Assembly: GCA_001724265.1 (NCBI GenBank)
Contig: MEDY01000047.1
Coordinates: forward strand, 1-64,000
DNA from: Rhizaria sp. SCN 62-66
Lineage: Eukaryota
DNA: 64,000 nucleotides
Direction: 5' to 3'
This document shows, piece after piece, positions 11,901-24,200 of the stretch (position 1 is its first letter; each line of letters begins with the position of its first letter). Both the position numbers and the translations under genes were made by a program. Under the pieces are notes generated by a model. It was not told the DNA's origin and made no database searches. It was given only the letters and a program-made list of their open reading frames with translations.

Positions 11901-14900
11901 GTCGAGGCTCATCGTTGCCGCAGCACCCAGACGTGGGCCCGGCGTGTAGTCTAGTCCGAATTCGCCAGGCAGACCAAAAACGGGGAGCGGCGACATCGTC
12001 GCATCGCTGGTACGGCCAGCGACGCGCGCCCAGGGTGCATCATCAGGGGTTGCGCTCAGCGTCGTGATGCACCAGAGGTCGTCGCCGGGGTCGTTGTCAC
12101 CGTTGAGCCCCGGAAGCACCTGCCGGCCCGAGTAAATGCACATGCTGCCCGCGACCGACGCCTTAGCGAAGCCTTGGCGCGCACCGGGGTGGCACGTGTC
12201 GCCAGGCTGCAGGTCGCCCGCAGGCGGCACAACGGCCTGGTAAGTGGCCAGTCCGCCCGGGTAGTTCGCCTGGGACGCGAGATGGTTAACGCCTGCAGTG
12301 CCCCAAGTACCGGTTGCGACGTTAAGACGCCAAATGCCTGGCGGCGCGGCGGGCGAGTCGGCGTACACGTACAGAGAGTCACCAGCGGTGGAGAACCAGG
12401 CCACAGCGTCCATTGACGGCGGCGGTTGCAATGCGGAAAAATACACGGTGTTGAACGAGTAGGTCGGAATCAACGCGTTTGACATCGCAATTGTGGTCCC
12501 GTTGACTCCGACGGTTGCAGCAACATTGAACACACTCAGGACCTGCAAGCTCGGGTTCGTGATTACGATGTCAGATGTCAGCGCCACACCTGCCGTGAGG
12601 GTGATTCCGCCGTAGGCCCATACAGCACGAGTCTTGGGGTGCACGGCGACGGCAGAAAAGGCTGAGAATGCTTCGCGCACGTTGTCGGGGGCAATCAGAC
12701 CGTGTTTGGGAGCGACATTGTCGTGGTAGGACGACGTCACCATGGCGTTGCATGTGAAGCCGGAATAATAGGCGTCGCAGTTGCAGTAATAACCCGCGCC
12801 GCCATCTACGCACACGCCATGGCCAGAACACGACTCAGAGTTGCACCTTGTTGCCGACATTCCACTAACGTTCACACCGAAATAAAGTGCAGACCGCGGG
12901 GTCGACGTTGACGGCCAATAGTCGAACGTCGAAGTGGCTTGGGCGAAAAAAGGTGACTGGCACACACTTGCGCCAGGACTGACACTGTCAACACATGTAC
13001 TCGTGGGCTCAATGGTCCACGTATCGTCGTGTGCAATCGCGGCCGCATTGATGCGCGGGAAGAGCTCCATCGTGGCTTTGGAGCGCCGTGCGACAGCGTC
13101 GACCACGTCTGGGTGAAGCGAGTAGCCACCATGCACAAACACAGTCATTGCAGTTGTAAAACCCGACTGAGTACCAGGCATAAGAAGTGTCGGCTGCAGC
13201 CGCGCGCCGGGCCAGTGCACCGGACCAGTCTCTTCAAAGGGCTTGCGGTCGGAGGTTTCAGTCGCGTACTTACGCGCAATTGGCGAGTGGTAGCCGTGGG
13301 CGAGTTACCAGGTCTTGTTTGATGACGAAAAACGCCACAAATCGTCAAGCTGCATCACGGTACCAGCACTGGCGCGGGGCGCGTAGGGGGTGAACGGCGC
13401 GCGGTGCAGCGGGGAGCGCCAGGCAAGCACGGGCCTGGCTGCGGTTTTAACAAGCACGTGAGACGTCACGCCAGCCTTGGGGATTGCATTAAGGATGTAG
13501 CTCACTGACGTGTCCGCTGCAGCGCGGCAATGAAGCGCAAATCCAACACCAGTTGAGGTCGCAGTGCCAGTGAGCGTGTACGATACGTCGAGTACTAAAA
13601 TCAACGGGTTATACGGGGACGAGAGAATCTGAACCGGTGCGTTCGGCGCTGATGCAGGGGATCGGATGCGCCTGAACTGCCCAGGAACCCATGTCATCGC
13701 GTCGATCACCACGGGCGGAGTTTGGCTTGCTGCCTCAGCAAACTCGAACATGCTTTCTGGCGTCGCTAGCGTGATCTGCGATTGTGCACTTGACGCATGC
13801 ATCGACACATCGAAATGCGTACGGACAGACATCTTCGCCGACGTGTAGCCCAGCGTAGCGGGCGGCGCCGAGTCTGGGTGCGGCTGCACAAGCAGCTCAA
13901 GCTGATCCAGCCGCGTGCCCATCGTGATCCCCATCGCGGCTAGGTCCTCAGGCGAGTAGTAGTAGGCGTGTATGGTACGCGTGCTGCTGCTCATCTCATC
14001 AATATTCTTGAAACGCGTTGCCAACGGCAACATCATGGGCATTACATCCGCCGCAGCCGTCAGTGACACAGAAAGTTGAGTGTCACCAGTGTCAAAGTAC
14101 CCAAATGCATGGCCGCGTCCGCCGAAGAGATAGATGTCATCGTTGTACGCGTTGGCAAAGCCAGCAAACGCGCGGCCGCCGGGGTGCCGCGGGCCGCGGG
14201 ACAGCGGGCCCTGCAGCCGCGGGTGGCCGCGGTCTGCGGGCAGCGCGCGAGCGGGAGCTCGTCCAGCCTTGTCCAAGTGCCAGAGCCCGAGGCGACGCTG
14301 AGCTTCCACAGCCCGGCTAGCACGGACGAGTCGGCGGCGTTGAGCTCCGCGGACTGCTCGCTGAGCTCGTCGTTCTGGAGCCGGAAAAGCACGCCGCCGT
14401 ACATGTACAGTGTGAGCAGTGTCTCGGAGGAATACTGCTGCGACAGCGTCACCATCGGATACGCGCGTGCAGCGGGGGTCGACGTAGTGCCTGGATAAGG
14501 GTACTTGCCGGCGAGAGTGGCGCCGCTGTACTCGACCAGACCGCCGGCGACAAGCTTCCACTCGCCTGTGCTCACAGTGTACGTCAGCGCGGAGTCGAGC
14601 TCGAAATACATGGACCCGTCTGAAGGCAGGGTGATGTCTGACATCATGAGTCCTCCAAACAGCAGCAGCGTGCCGTTGCGCGCGGACAGCGACGCGGCGG
14701 CCAGCGGCGGCGGGCCCAGGGATGCGGTGAGTGGGCCACTGATGCCCAGAGAGCTGGCGGCAACGGAACCGTGCCACCAGGCCCATTGCTGTCGGGCCGG
14801 GTCAAATGACCAGAGGTCGCCGAACATCGCCTGCGCGCCGTCCGCGCCAGGGGCCGCAGCGCTAAACACCAAGTGCGACTGGGCACCGCCGTAGAGCCAA

Positions 14901-17049
14901 ATCAGCTTCGTGATAGGGTCGTATGCCAGCGCAGCGCTGTGGCGCGCGGCGGGGCGCAGTGCGGGGTGATACTGGCCGCGCGTGAGCTCCGTCTCGCTCT
15001 GTATCGATCCCGGGAGACGCACGGGGAGATCTTCCAGTGCGGGGTCACCCGAGAGCAACATCGTGGTGTTGGCGAGGACGTCAAACATCCACAGGTCCGA
15101 CAGCAGCGGCGCCGGGCGCGTGATGCTGTGTGCGGTGTGTTCCTCCATTGCCATGCCGCCGAACCAAAAGGTAATCTGACCTGTATTTGTGTAAACGGTT
15201 TCGGACGAGGCGGCTGGCGGCGTGTGCGTCGCCACGGCGTGCAAGTAGCGCGGGCGCGCGCGCGGGTAGCGCTCGGTCACGGACGGGGTGGAAAACTCTT
15301 CGGGGGCAAAGGTGCGCCAGTTGAGAGCGAGCGAAGAGGACGAGTTCAAGTCAATCTGGTATGATGCGATGTGGGTAAAGACAATGAAGAACAAAATGTT
15401 TGGAATATGAACAAGATTATACAAGCATGTGTGCAAATGAAACGTAAAGTTAAAGTAAAATAGTAGTGCATATTCGTCAAGGAACTGTACTGAACCATAT
15501 GTCGGATTAGCTCAACATGTTACGCAAGTGATGTGCGTACCTGGGGAGAAAACGTGCGTTGTTCGCAATATTTGTCGTCCCGATTGAATGAAGTGGTGGC
15601 GTAGAGAGAGTTTGGTGCCTTATCAACACTCATTACTGTCGTATTATGACTCTTATCGAAGGCAACGCCGTTCTGAATGTCTTGGTGCACCCACGTGCCC
15701 CCAACGAGGCCGGTTGGGTTCAGCGACGCCGGCGGGTTGGGTAAGAACATCGATAGGCGCAACGGCAGCCCGTCGGAGGTGGTCACCGGCAAAGCGGCGC
15801 CGTACGCCATCACACTATCAAGGTTAAAAGAGCAGTAGCCCACACCCTCAAGCAGCTCGCGCTGCGCAGCCATAATGTCGAACGCAATCGGCAAACCAAG
15901 AGAGTTTCCGTTCGTAGGCGGGATCGAGAGCATGCATAGCGATCCAGATGAACCGCGATAGAATCTGTCGTCGTTTGAGTCGGTAATCTTGAGCGTAGCC
16001 AGGATGCCACCCGTGCCCTGAAGTCCCGTGGGAACGGCGTCAAAGTACGGAATGTCAACGAGGTCCGCAGTAACAGTCAGCGCAGGGTTGGCCTCCATCA
16101 GGGACTCGAGTTGGACGGTCGCGGAGTAGGAGTGTGTGCCAAGTTTGAAGGTGAGCTCCGTGTTGATGGAGGCATACAGCTGCCCCGGGTTAACTGTGCG
16201 CCACGGTGTCGTGCACGTAATCACAAAGCAGCTGCTTGAGGGCACACCGGGTGATGGCGGTAGCATGCCAGGAAAGGTTGCGTAGGTCTACGTCATAATC
16301 GTGCTGTCGGAAGTCGCCTCTGCGCCATTGTCGAATGTCATCGCGCATGTGTAGCTCGAGGTGGTTGAATAAAGTTGTAACGTAAGACCAGGATCTCTGA
16401 TTTGGATCGCAAAGTCGGTGTATAGGGGATAGTCGATGGCAAGGCACGCGCGCGTCACCATGCTCGAGCTGTGGCCTAGCAGCCGGTCTGTGTAGCGCCA
16501 TCTTGTCGTCCCAGGAAATGTCAAGGGAGCTAGGGTCAGAGTTTGCGCGTGTCCAACCTCAATGGAGATTGTAGACATAGTCGGGTATATAACACCAATC
16601 TTAAGACGGCGAGTGGTGTTGACTGCAGTTGTGGCGGGAATGTAGTATAAGCACTTGACAGTGAAGACACCGCTGTAGGGATTTGTGTCAGCAATGATTG
16701 CACGGTCAAAGTACAACTGCACCGCGTGGGAGTCTAAACCAGGCGGACCGTAAACTGGGTAAAATGCGTGAGGAAAATCTTGAGAGAAGCAACGGTCGAC
16801 CTTGTCGAGAAATGGTGTGCCGTTCTCCGCATCCACGAACATCACTTCGAGTGTCAGAGCGTCGCCGAGCGGAACCTCGTATTCAAAATCGGGAAACGAG
16901 AGGCTAAAATGGTTCCATTTATCAGCCGTTACGGGAGACTGCATAGTGACAGTCGGGGACGTCGCGGCCACGGAAAGCACGAGCAATGTGAGCAGAGACA
17001 TCAGTAACCATGTCGCGACACTTCCGCGTGAACGGATAGATGTCGTCAT
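2973..17049 (-). CDS. Giant (~4630 aa) polycystin-1/REJ-GPS-like surface receptor: signal peptide, kelch-like propeller repeats, EGF-like domains, REJ module, GPS motif, ~5 TM segments, Pro-rich tail. Interrupted by an in-frame TAG (16288-16290), a 1-nt frameshift (~14245) and an in-frame TAA (13305-13307)
   Basis: Exon 1 17049-15541 (MTTSIRSRGSVATWLLMSLLTLLVLSVAA), intron 15540-15356 (GTACGC..CAG), exon 2 15355-2973. Kelch-like motifs (IWLYGG, LLLFGG, IYLFGG, DLWRF, PGAR). EGF-like CSGHGVC..C.C...YSGFTC and CFNGGIC. REJ-like LSASGSRDPD, APPRSGSC, CSGWEDD..DLPLTY. GPS CEWW..WSTTGC..CQCTHLTLF (~5189-5064). Polycystin-like HLWLSV..FSSVGRV motif after TM1. Ends TAA. Confidence 0.8.
13305..13307 (-). 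other. In-frame TAA inside a kelch-like repeat (LDDLWRFSSSNKTW*LAHGYHSP...VHWPGAR)
   Basis: ORFs 13305..14786 and 2973..13220 share a frame (offset 87 nt) with no other stop between them. Confidence 0.88.
16288..16290 (-). other. In-frame TAG inside receptor exon 1 (DSTIMT*TYATFPGMLPP)
   Basis: ORFs 16288..17061 and 15520..16266 share a frame (offset 24 nt) with no other stop between them and no change in composition. Confidence 0.9.
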
Positions 17050-18208
17050 TGCGTGCTGCAAAGGCTCCGACGGACAGCACCAAAGCCAGGTGTGTAGAAT
17101 GGGAGGCTATTCTGAGATGTTGAACAATCTGTCAAGATATGTGTTAGCTTCTATGATGAACGAATGAGACAGTGGCGAGAAGCAGATGCGAGCAAAACGC
17201 GTCGCGAAATGGATGTTAGCAGAAATTAGGATTAAAACCTGAAAAGCACTGTGCGCAACATAGGTGACGGTAAAAAATCAAATGTTATATAGAGAATTGG
17301 TCCCATAACTCTGTGATGTGTACATGATGTTTGTCTATAAGACTCCATGGCCTTTCGAAATGTTAACTCGATGCCGTTAAAACGTTGTAAAGTCAATCTT
17401 TAAAGCGTCCCACTACGCTGTCAACAACGACAGTTAGAAAATCCTATCACATTCAAAGATTATCACACGTGAAGTACCGTAAAATCAAACTGAACTTTCA
17501 TTTCACAGAGAATAACCAAGAGGGGAGCTCTCACAAACACGACGCAGTCGCGTAGCCCATTTGCGTGGAGGTGCGTGCCTGGTGACCATGGTGACAACTT
17601 TGACTTCAATGACCAAAAAAAATGGTTGGTTGTAACTGCGAAAAGTCACTGGGAAATAACCCTGATAACACAATTCAGAAGAGATAAACCATTCCATACG
17701 AATAAATTGTTTAATCAAAATGTTTTAATATAACAATAACAGATATAACGGGGTGTTTTATTGAGTTTTGTTCAAAAATAATGACGTGTTCATTCGTTCT
17801 GTCGTGCCGAAATATTTTTCAAGTTGACTGGGGGGCGGCCCACGGAAAGAGTTTGCGGACGGGACTGTAATGATTGTATGATTCCGATTCTGATATGTGA
17901 GAGAGAATAACACGTTTTTATCTAAGCCCGAGTTTATGCGCAGACTCACAACATGTCGGGGTATATTCGAGCGATGTGTATTAAAAAAATTGTGTGCGAC
18001 ATGTTCTTCAAAAAAACGCAGCAGCATATGCGTGCATGGTCGCAGAAATAGCAAAAAATGTGGAGTTATGTTTTTAAGGAAACAATGCCATTCAAATGTT
18101 GGCAAAGCCAAAGTACGGCAAGAAAAATAAAATGGAACTACGTAAGCAATGTACAGAAATATACCACAAGCACCATGAACTGCTGCTCATAGCAGTACGT
18201 GAAAGGAA

Positions 18209-21200
18209 TCAGTAATCGGAGATCCGATAGACAAGCGACTCCGGCCCGGCGACGCGCACAGCCCACTTGCGAAGCTCAGTGATTAGCAAAATGGCGACTC
18301 CAAACGGGACGGATAGCACCCAGCACTCCCAGTGCGCGTTCTCGAGCACGAAGGGCGTGCGCAGCGGCGTGTAAATGACCAGCGCCGTGATGCTGAGCGA
18401 GAGCAAGCAGCCGACGTTGAGCCACAGGTTGTCGAACATCGACCGCAGACCGTTGCGCCATACGCCCATAAAGCGTGACTTGCGGCCGAAAATGGAGAAG
18501 ATCTGTTGCACAACGAGCGCGATCAGCGCGGCGGCCCTAGCGCGGCGGTGCGCGCGGCGGCGGTCAAGCAGAGGCGCGCCGAAAGGATACGGCATCGACG
18601 GATCAGTCGGGTCAGGCTCACCGAGAAAAGCGCCGTGCGTAAAGGTGATTTGTGACCAGGAGAAGCCATCGAGTTCCATGCTGTAGAGGAAGATGAAAAA
18701 CATACCGGCCGTCTCCATTGCACCGATCAGGAAATACGACAGCAGCATCATCTTGGCAGAGATGATGCCGGCGCGGTAGTCACGGGGCGGCACCAGCATC
18801 GTCGCCTCTTCAGGCGCCTCGAAGGCCAGCGCAACGGCGGGCGGCATGTCGATAACGAGGTCGACGAACACGAGCACAAGCGTCGAGATGGGCGACGGCA
18901 TGTCAAAAAACACACCGGGAACGGTGCATGTGAGCATTTCGGGCAGCAGGTGCTGCATGGTGTAGCCGAAAGACTTGCCCATGTTATCCATCATCGAGCG
19001 GCCGACAAAGATGCCGGCCACAAGGGTCTGCATTGAGTCATCCTTGAGCTCAAGTGCGGCCGCATCCTTGGCGACAGAAGTCGCAGAAGCCATAGCAACG
19101 CCCACGTCGGCCTGGCGCAGCGCAGGCGCGTCCGACACACGGTCACCAGTGACGGCGACGATGTGGTGCGCCTCCTGGAGCTGCGTCACGACGTCGAACT
19201 TTTGCTGCGGCGACAGACGCGCGAGCACGATGTACGGGTACGACAGCAACTCCGCCCACTCTGCGCGGTCGAACTTAAGCAGCGCGTCGCCAGTCACTAC
19301 GGCGGCGTTGAAGTGCGCCGCAAACGGCTTGCCCGTGCGCAGCTCTGCTTCCTCAACACTCTCCCCGGGGCGTGCGCGGCCGACAGCGCGCGGCGCAACG
19401 CCCAGCTCGTGCGCGACGTCGGCGATGGTGCACTCTCCCTCAGGGATAATGCCGCACTGGCGTGCGATTGCCTCCGCGGTGAGCGGGTGGTCGCCGGTGA
19501 GCATCACGACGCGGATACCGGCGGCCTGACTCAGCGCCACCGCGCGCGGCGTCTCGCGGCGCGGCGGATCGGCCAGCGAGAGGTACCCCGCGAGCACGGC
19601 GTTGGACAGCGGGAAGTTCGGCGGGTGCGACGAGAAGACGAACCCGGGCGGAAATGCCACCGGGTCGAGGTCGATATACGCGAGCGCAAGCGTGCGCAGA
19701 CCGTGAGCACAGACGGCGAGCAGCGTTTCCTCGGCCTCGGCACGCAGCGCGAGTGTCAGAGGCACGCGGACGCCGTCGCGCAGTGTCCACGCGCAGGCCT
19801 CGAGCACGCGCTCAGGCGCGCCCTTGATGGCGACGAAGAAGGACCCGTCGAGCAGACGGCGGTGGACCGAGACGGAGATCTTGTCGCGCGGGTTGAACGG
19901 GATGTCCAGGACCTTGGGGTTCGCGATCTGGATCGGCGTCAGACCGGCCTGCGGGCCCGACAGACGCGGGCGGAAGAAGGTCGCCGCCGTGAGCTGCGGC
20001 GCCGCAGCCACGGTGCTGAAGACGCCGCCGGTGCGCTTGCGCGGGGCCGTGGCCGTGGCGGCGCGGCGGCTGTGGTGGTGGTGCCCGTGGTGGTGTCCGT
20101 GGCTGTGGTGGTGGCGCGGTCGCCTGTCACTGCGGTGGCGCCGGTGCCGGTGCCCGAGGCCGTGGCTGCTGCCGCTGTTGCTTCCACTGCGGTGCCTGTC
20201 GGCGCCGCGCCCGAGGCCGTCGTGACGACTGTTGCTGTGACGGTGACGGCTAGAAGTAGCAGTCGTAACAGCAGGAGCGCCAGCGGCTACGCCGGGAGCG
20301 GGAGCGGGGACAGGAGCAAGAGCGGTCGTGGTCGCACGTGCAGCGGTGGGCGTTTCGGCAACGCCGGTGGTCGCGACGACCTGGTCACCGTGGCTCGTTG
20401 CGGAGCCGGCGGACTGCGGCGACTAAGGCAACTGCGGCGACGGGGCAGAGTCCGAGCTGGGGGCAGAGGAGCTAGAGCACGCGGCGGTTGTTGTGACGGC
20501 GTCGATGGGCGAAGCGGCGGTCTGCGACGAGCCGCTGTCGGTAGAACTGTGGCCGGCAACAGTGACAGTCAATGCGGCGTCGGTGGCAGCATTTCTGGCA
20601 ACGCCAAGATCAGCTGATGTGGACATAGCAGCCACAACAGGCGCAGAAGCGGAGTGCGTGAGCTCAGTTGAAGGCTCGGTGGTGGCAGCAGGAGCAGCAG
20701 CGTCGCCAGCGGCAGCGGCAGTGCTGGCGGCGGCAATCTTGCTTCCGTTGTTCGAACTCAGTCTGGCGTCCTGCGCTGGCAGCAGCGTCGTGCTGCTGTG
20801 CAGCAACGCGCCCGCGCCCACATCGCCGCCTGTCGGCGTGACGGCGTCGGCGTCACTCACAGGAGACTTGTTGCGACTCGTGTTGGCAGCGGCAGCCGCG
20901 TTCGCTGCCGCGGTCGCGGCGTTGGCGGCCGTGATCGCAGCGGAGACAGCGGCGGTCTTGGCGGCCAGCGCCTGCGCGTTGGCGACCTTGGCGGCCTCCT
21001 CGGCCTCCTCGCGCTCCCACTCCGCGACGGTGCTGTAGTACTCGAGCGAGTGTGGCGGCGCGAGCGCGTGCACCCACCGTGCGATGGCGACGTCGACGGC
21101 GTCACCGAGCAGCGTCACAGTCGCCGTCGTCGCGCGGCGCTGCCGGCCCGCGCCCCAGGCCGCAGACCCGGGCACCAGACTGCCGCCGCCGCCGCCGCCG

Positions 21201-24200
21201 CCCGCGTGGCCGCCGCCGGCATCGGTGCGGGAGGCCGAGTCGCCCTCGCTGTCGCTGGGGGCCGCCTCGTCGGTGTTGCGCCGCGCGGCGGCCGCGGGCG
21301 CCGTGGCGCCGCTTTGTCCGCGGCTGCGCGTGCGCGCCCGCGCCCGGCCGCCGCGCCCGTCGCCGCCCAGTGCGCCGCCGGCGCCGCCCGCGCTGGCGCT
21401 GCCAGCCGCGGCGATGGAGAGGCGCGCAGGCATGCGCAGCTCTTCTTCCTCGACGACCGTGACGGCGGACATGGCGGCGGCGTCGCGCGCGGTTTCGTGC
21501 TCACGCAGCCGCCCGCTCTGGCCCACCTGGGCCTCGGCCGCTAGACCGGTGCGCACGCGCGTGAGCCCGCGGCGGACTGACGTGCCCTGCGGCGGCGCTT
21601 TGACGCCCGTGGCGCCGGCGCCGGCGCCGGACGACTTGTCGCCGCGGCGCGGGGAGCTGGAGACCGAGCTCGATGACGAGGACCGCGTGCGTGACCGCGA
21701 GCCCGAGCGCGAGTGCGAGCCCGACTGCGAGCGCTGGCGCGGACGGTGGCTCAGTGAACCGTCGCGCGAGGGTGTCGAAGCAAGGCGGTGCAGGTTCCGG
21801 CGGGAGCCACTGCGCGCGTGCCCGTGGCCGTGGCTTTGACCGTGGCGACGCTGGGGCGAGGGCGCGGGGGCCTTGCTTCCAGCGTCAGCGACGACGGCGC
21901 CAGCGACGGCCGCAGTCCCGTTGCCCGCAGTCGCTGCGTCAGGGGCCGGCGTGGACTCGGGGGCCGAGCGCACGTTCGCGAGCGCAGGCGCAGGCGACGG
22001 GGAGCTGGACCGGGCAGACGACGACGATGGCGAGCGGTCACGGTCACGGGCACGGCCGCGGCCATGGCTGCCGCGGTCGCGACTCCGGTCGCGACTGGGG
22101 TCACGACTGCGGTGATGGTGGCGCCTCTTGCTAGCGCCGCCGTGCTTCCCGCCCCCACCGGCGGTGTCAATCGTGACGGGGCCGGCGACGATTTGCGAAG
22201 GCCGCATCAGGCCGCGCGCGCTCAGCATACCGGCGCCGTCGGCCAGAGTCAGGGTGAGCGCGCCGCCGCCGGTGCGACTCGCGCGCGCGGACCCGGGCGG
22301 GCTGGGGTTCGGGCTCAGACCCGGCGTCGCTTTCGCTGACGCAGTCGCAGTCGCCGTCGGTGTTGCTTTGGCACCGGGGCCAGTGGCAGTCAACGTTGGT
22401 GTCGCGGACGCGACGGGGGTCTTCGCGATGGGGGCGATGCCGACAGTGCTGCCGGTGGCTGTTGCCGGCCGCAGGCGCGCGGCCGCGGCGGCCGCAGCGG
22501 TGGCAGAGGAAAGCATGCTGCCACCGCGCGCTGAGTGCAGCGGCGACGGCGAGGCCGAGCGTGACCGACTACGGCTGCGGCTGCCGCTGTAGCTGTCGCT
22601 GTAGCTGCCGCTGTCGCTGCGCGACGGCGACGGGGACGGCGACGACGAGTACGAATACGAGCGCGAATCAGACTGCGAGTCAAACGAGTCCGAGTCAGAA
22701 GACCCACGCCGGGCGCCGCGCAAGTGCTTCGCGCGCGGGGTCGGGGCGTTGCCGGAAGTGGCGGCGCTGCCCTTGCGCTGGCGCTCGAACAGCGTCTCCA
22801 GCTGCGGCCGCTCGGCCTCTTTCTTGGCGCGTTTGTGCTCCTGCAGCAGCCGTAAGTACTGGGCTGCGTCGGATGCCGTGCTGATCTTGCGCGCGGCCTC
22901 GGCGGTCTCGGCGACAGGCGTGCTCGCTGCTGCCAAGGCCGAGTGGGCTGACGTCAACGCCAGAGGGCTGCTGCCCTGCGGCGAGTGCGCGGTCGGCGAG
23001 CCCGTCGCTGAGGGCGACCACGCCACGGGCGAGCTCGACGCGGCAGCCGCAGCCGCAGCGGCCGCGACGGCAGCGGCCGTGGAGGCCGAATCAGAGCCGG
23101 AGCAGTTGCTCGTGCCCGCGGCTGTGGTCGCCGAGGTCCCGGCCGCGGGGGAGGGCGCAGTGCCTGTCGGGCTAGCGGCGCCGTCGGCCGCGCTCGAGGC
23201 GCCGCCGGCGGAGGGCGAGACGTCGGCGTCGCCGCCACGGGGAAGCGAAAAACGGACCTGCCTGCTGTTGTTCAGCCGCAGCATCGCGCCTGTTTGCGCG
23301 CCAGACATCGCCGCGGAGCTCGAGGGAAGCGCGTGGCTGCCGCGGCGACTGCCGGCGCGGCTGCCGTGGCGAGATCCGTGGAGCGAGCCCTGGCGCGAGT
23401 CGCCCTGGCTCGCCCGGCGGCGACGGGCGCGGTGGCCCCGGCTGTGGCGGCGGTGGCCGTGCGCTGAGCTGTTGCTGGTGTGCGTGTCGCTGTCGCTGCC
23501 GTCGTCGCTGCTGCTGCTGCTCGGCGAGTAACTGCTGCCCGTCGACCAGCTCCCGCTGCTGCTGTCGCTAGTGTAGCTGTCGTAGCTGCTTGTGTCGCTC
23601 CAGTACCGGTTGTTGTTGTCTCCGTCGCTGTCGCCGCTGTCGACGTCGCCCGTGGTCGCGCGGCGCGGCCTCGCCGCGGGCGCCGTGGCGGCGTTCATCG
23701 TCACGCGCACCGAGGTACACAGCGCTGCGATTGTGAACAGCCATTCAACCGTCGGCGACGCCTCGGGCTGCCACCCATAGTCAAGCAGCACGCGATACCG
23801 CGTTTCGTCTGCCGCGGTCGGCGCGCGGCCCGTGGCGGCGTCGGCCAGCGGCATCAGGCGCTGCGAATAGTACTCCTGCAGCACGCGGTCCGCGCCGGCG
23901 GGCAGACCGGGCGCCTGCGGGGTCAGCAGCGCGGAGAGCGCGGCCATGGACGCGGACGAGCCGTTGAGACCGCCGGCGAGCGAGCCCGTTGACCCCAGAG
24001 CGTGGACTGAGCTCAGGGACGCAGCGAGGTCGCCGCCGTCCCAGCTCGTCGCGTGGACGGCGTTGCCAGCGGAGTCGGTGCCACCGATGCCGCTGCCGCT
24101 GCCGCTCTTGCTGCGGGGCATCTGACCGCCTCTGCCGTCGCCACCGCCCAGAGCGCCGGGGCCCAGAGCGCTGGGGCGCGGCACGGCGGTGCGGCTGGTC

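Noticed and set aside
17503-18130. Short ORFs in the AT-rich spacer, including a Cys-rich 77 aa ORF, and a 9-bp inverted repeat (AACATGTCG/CGACATGTT)
   Set aside because: AT-rich, lacking the codon bias of the real exons; no transposase or terminal-repeat structure; compatible with chance.
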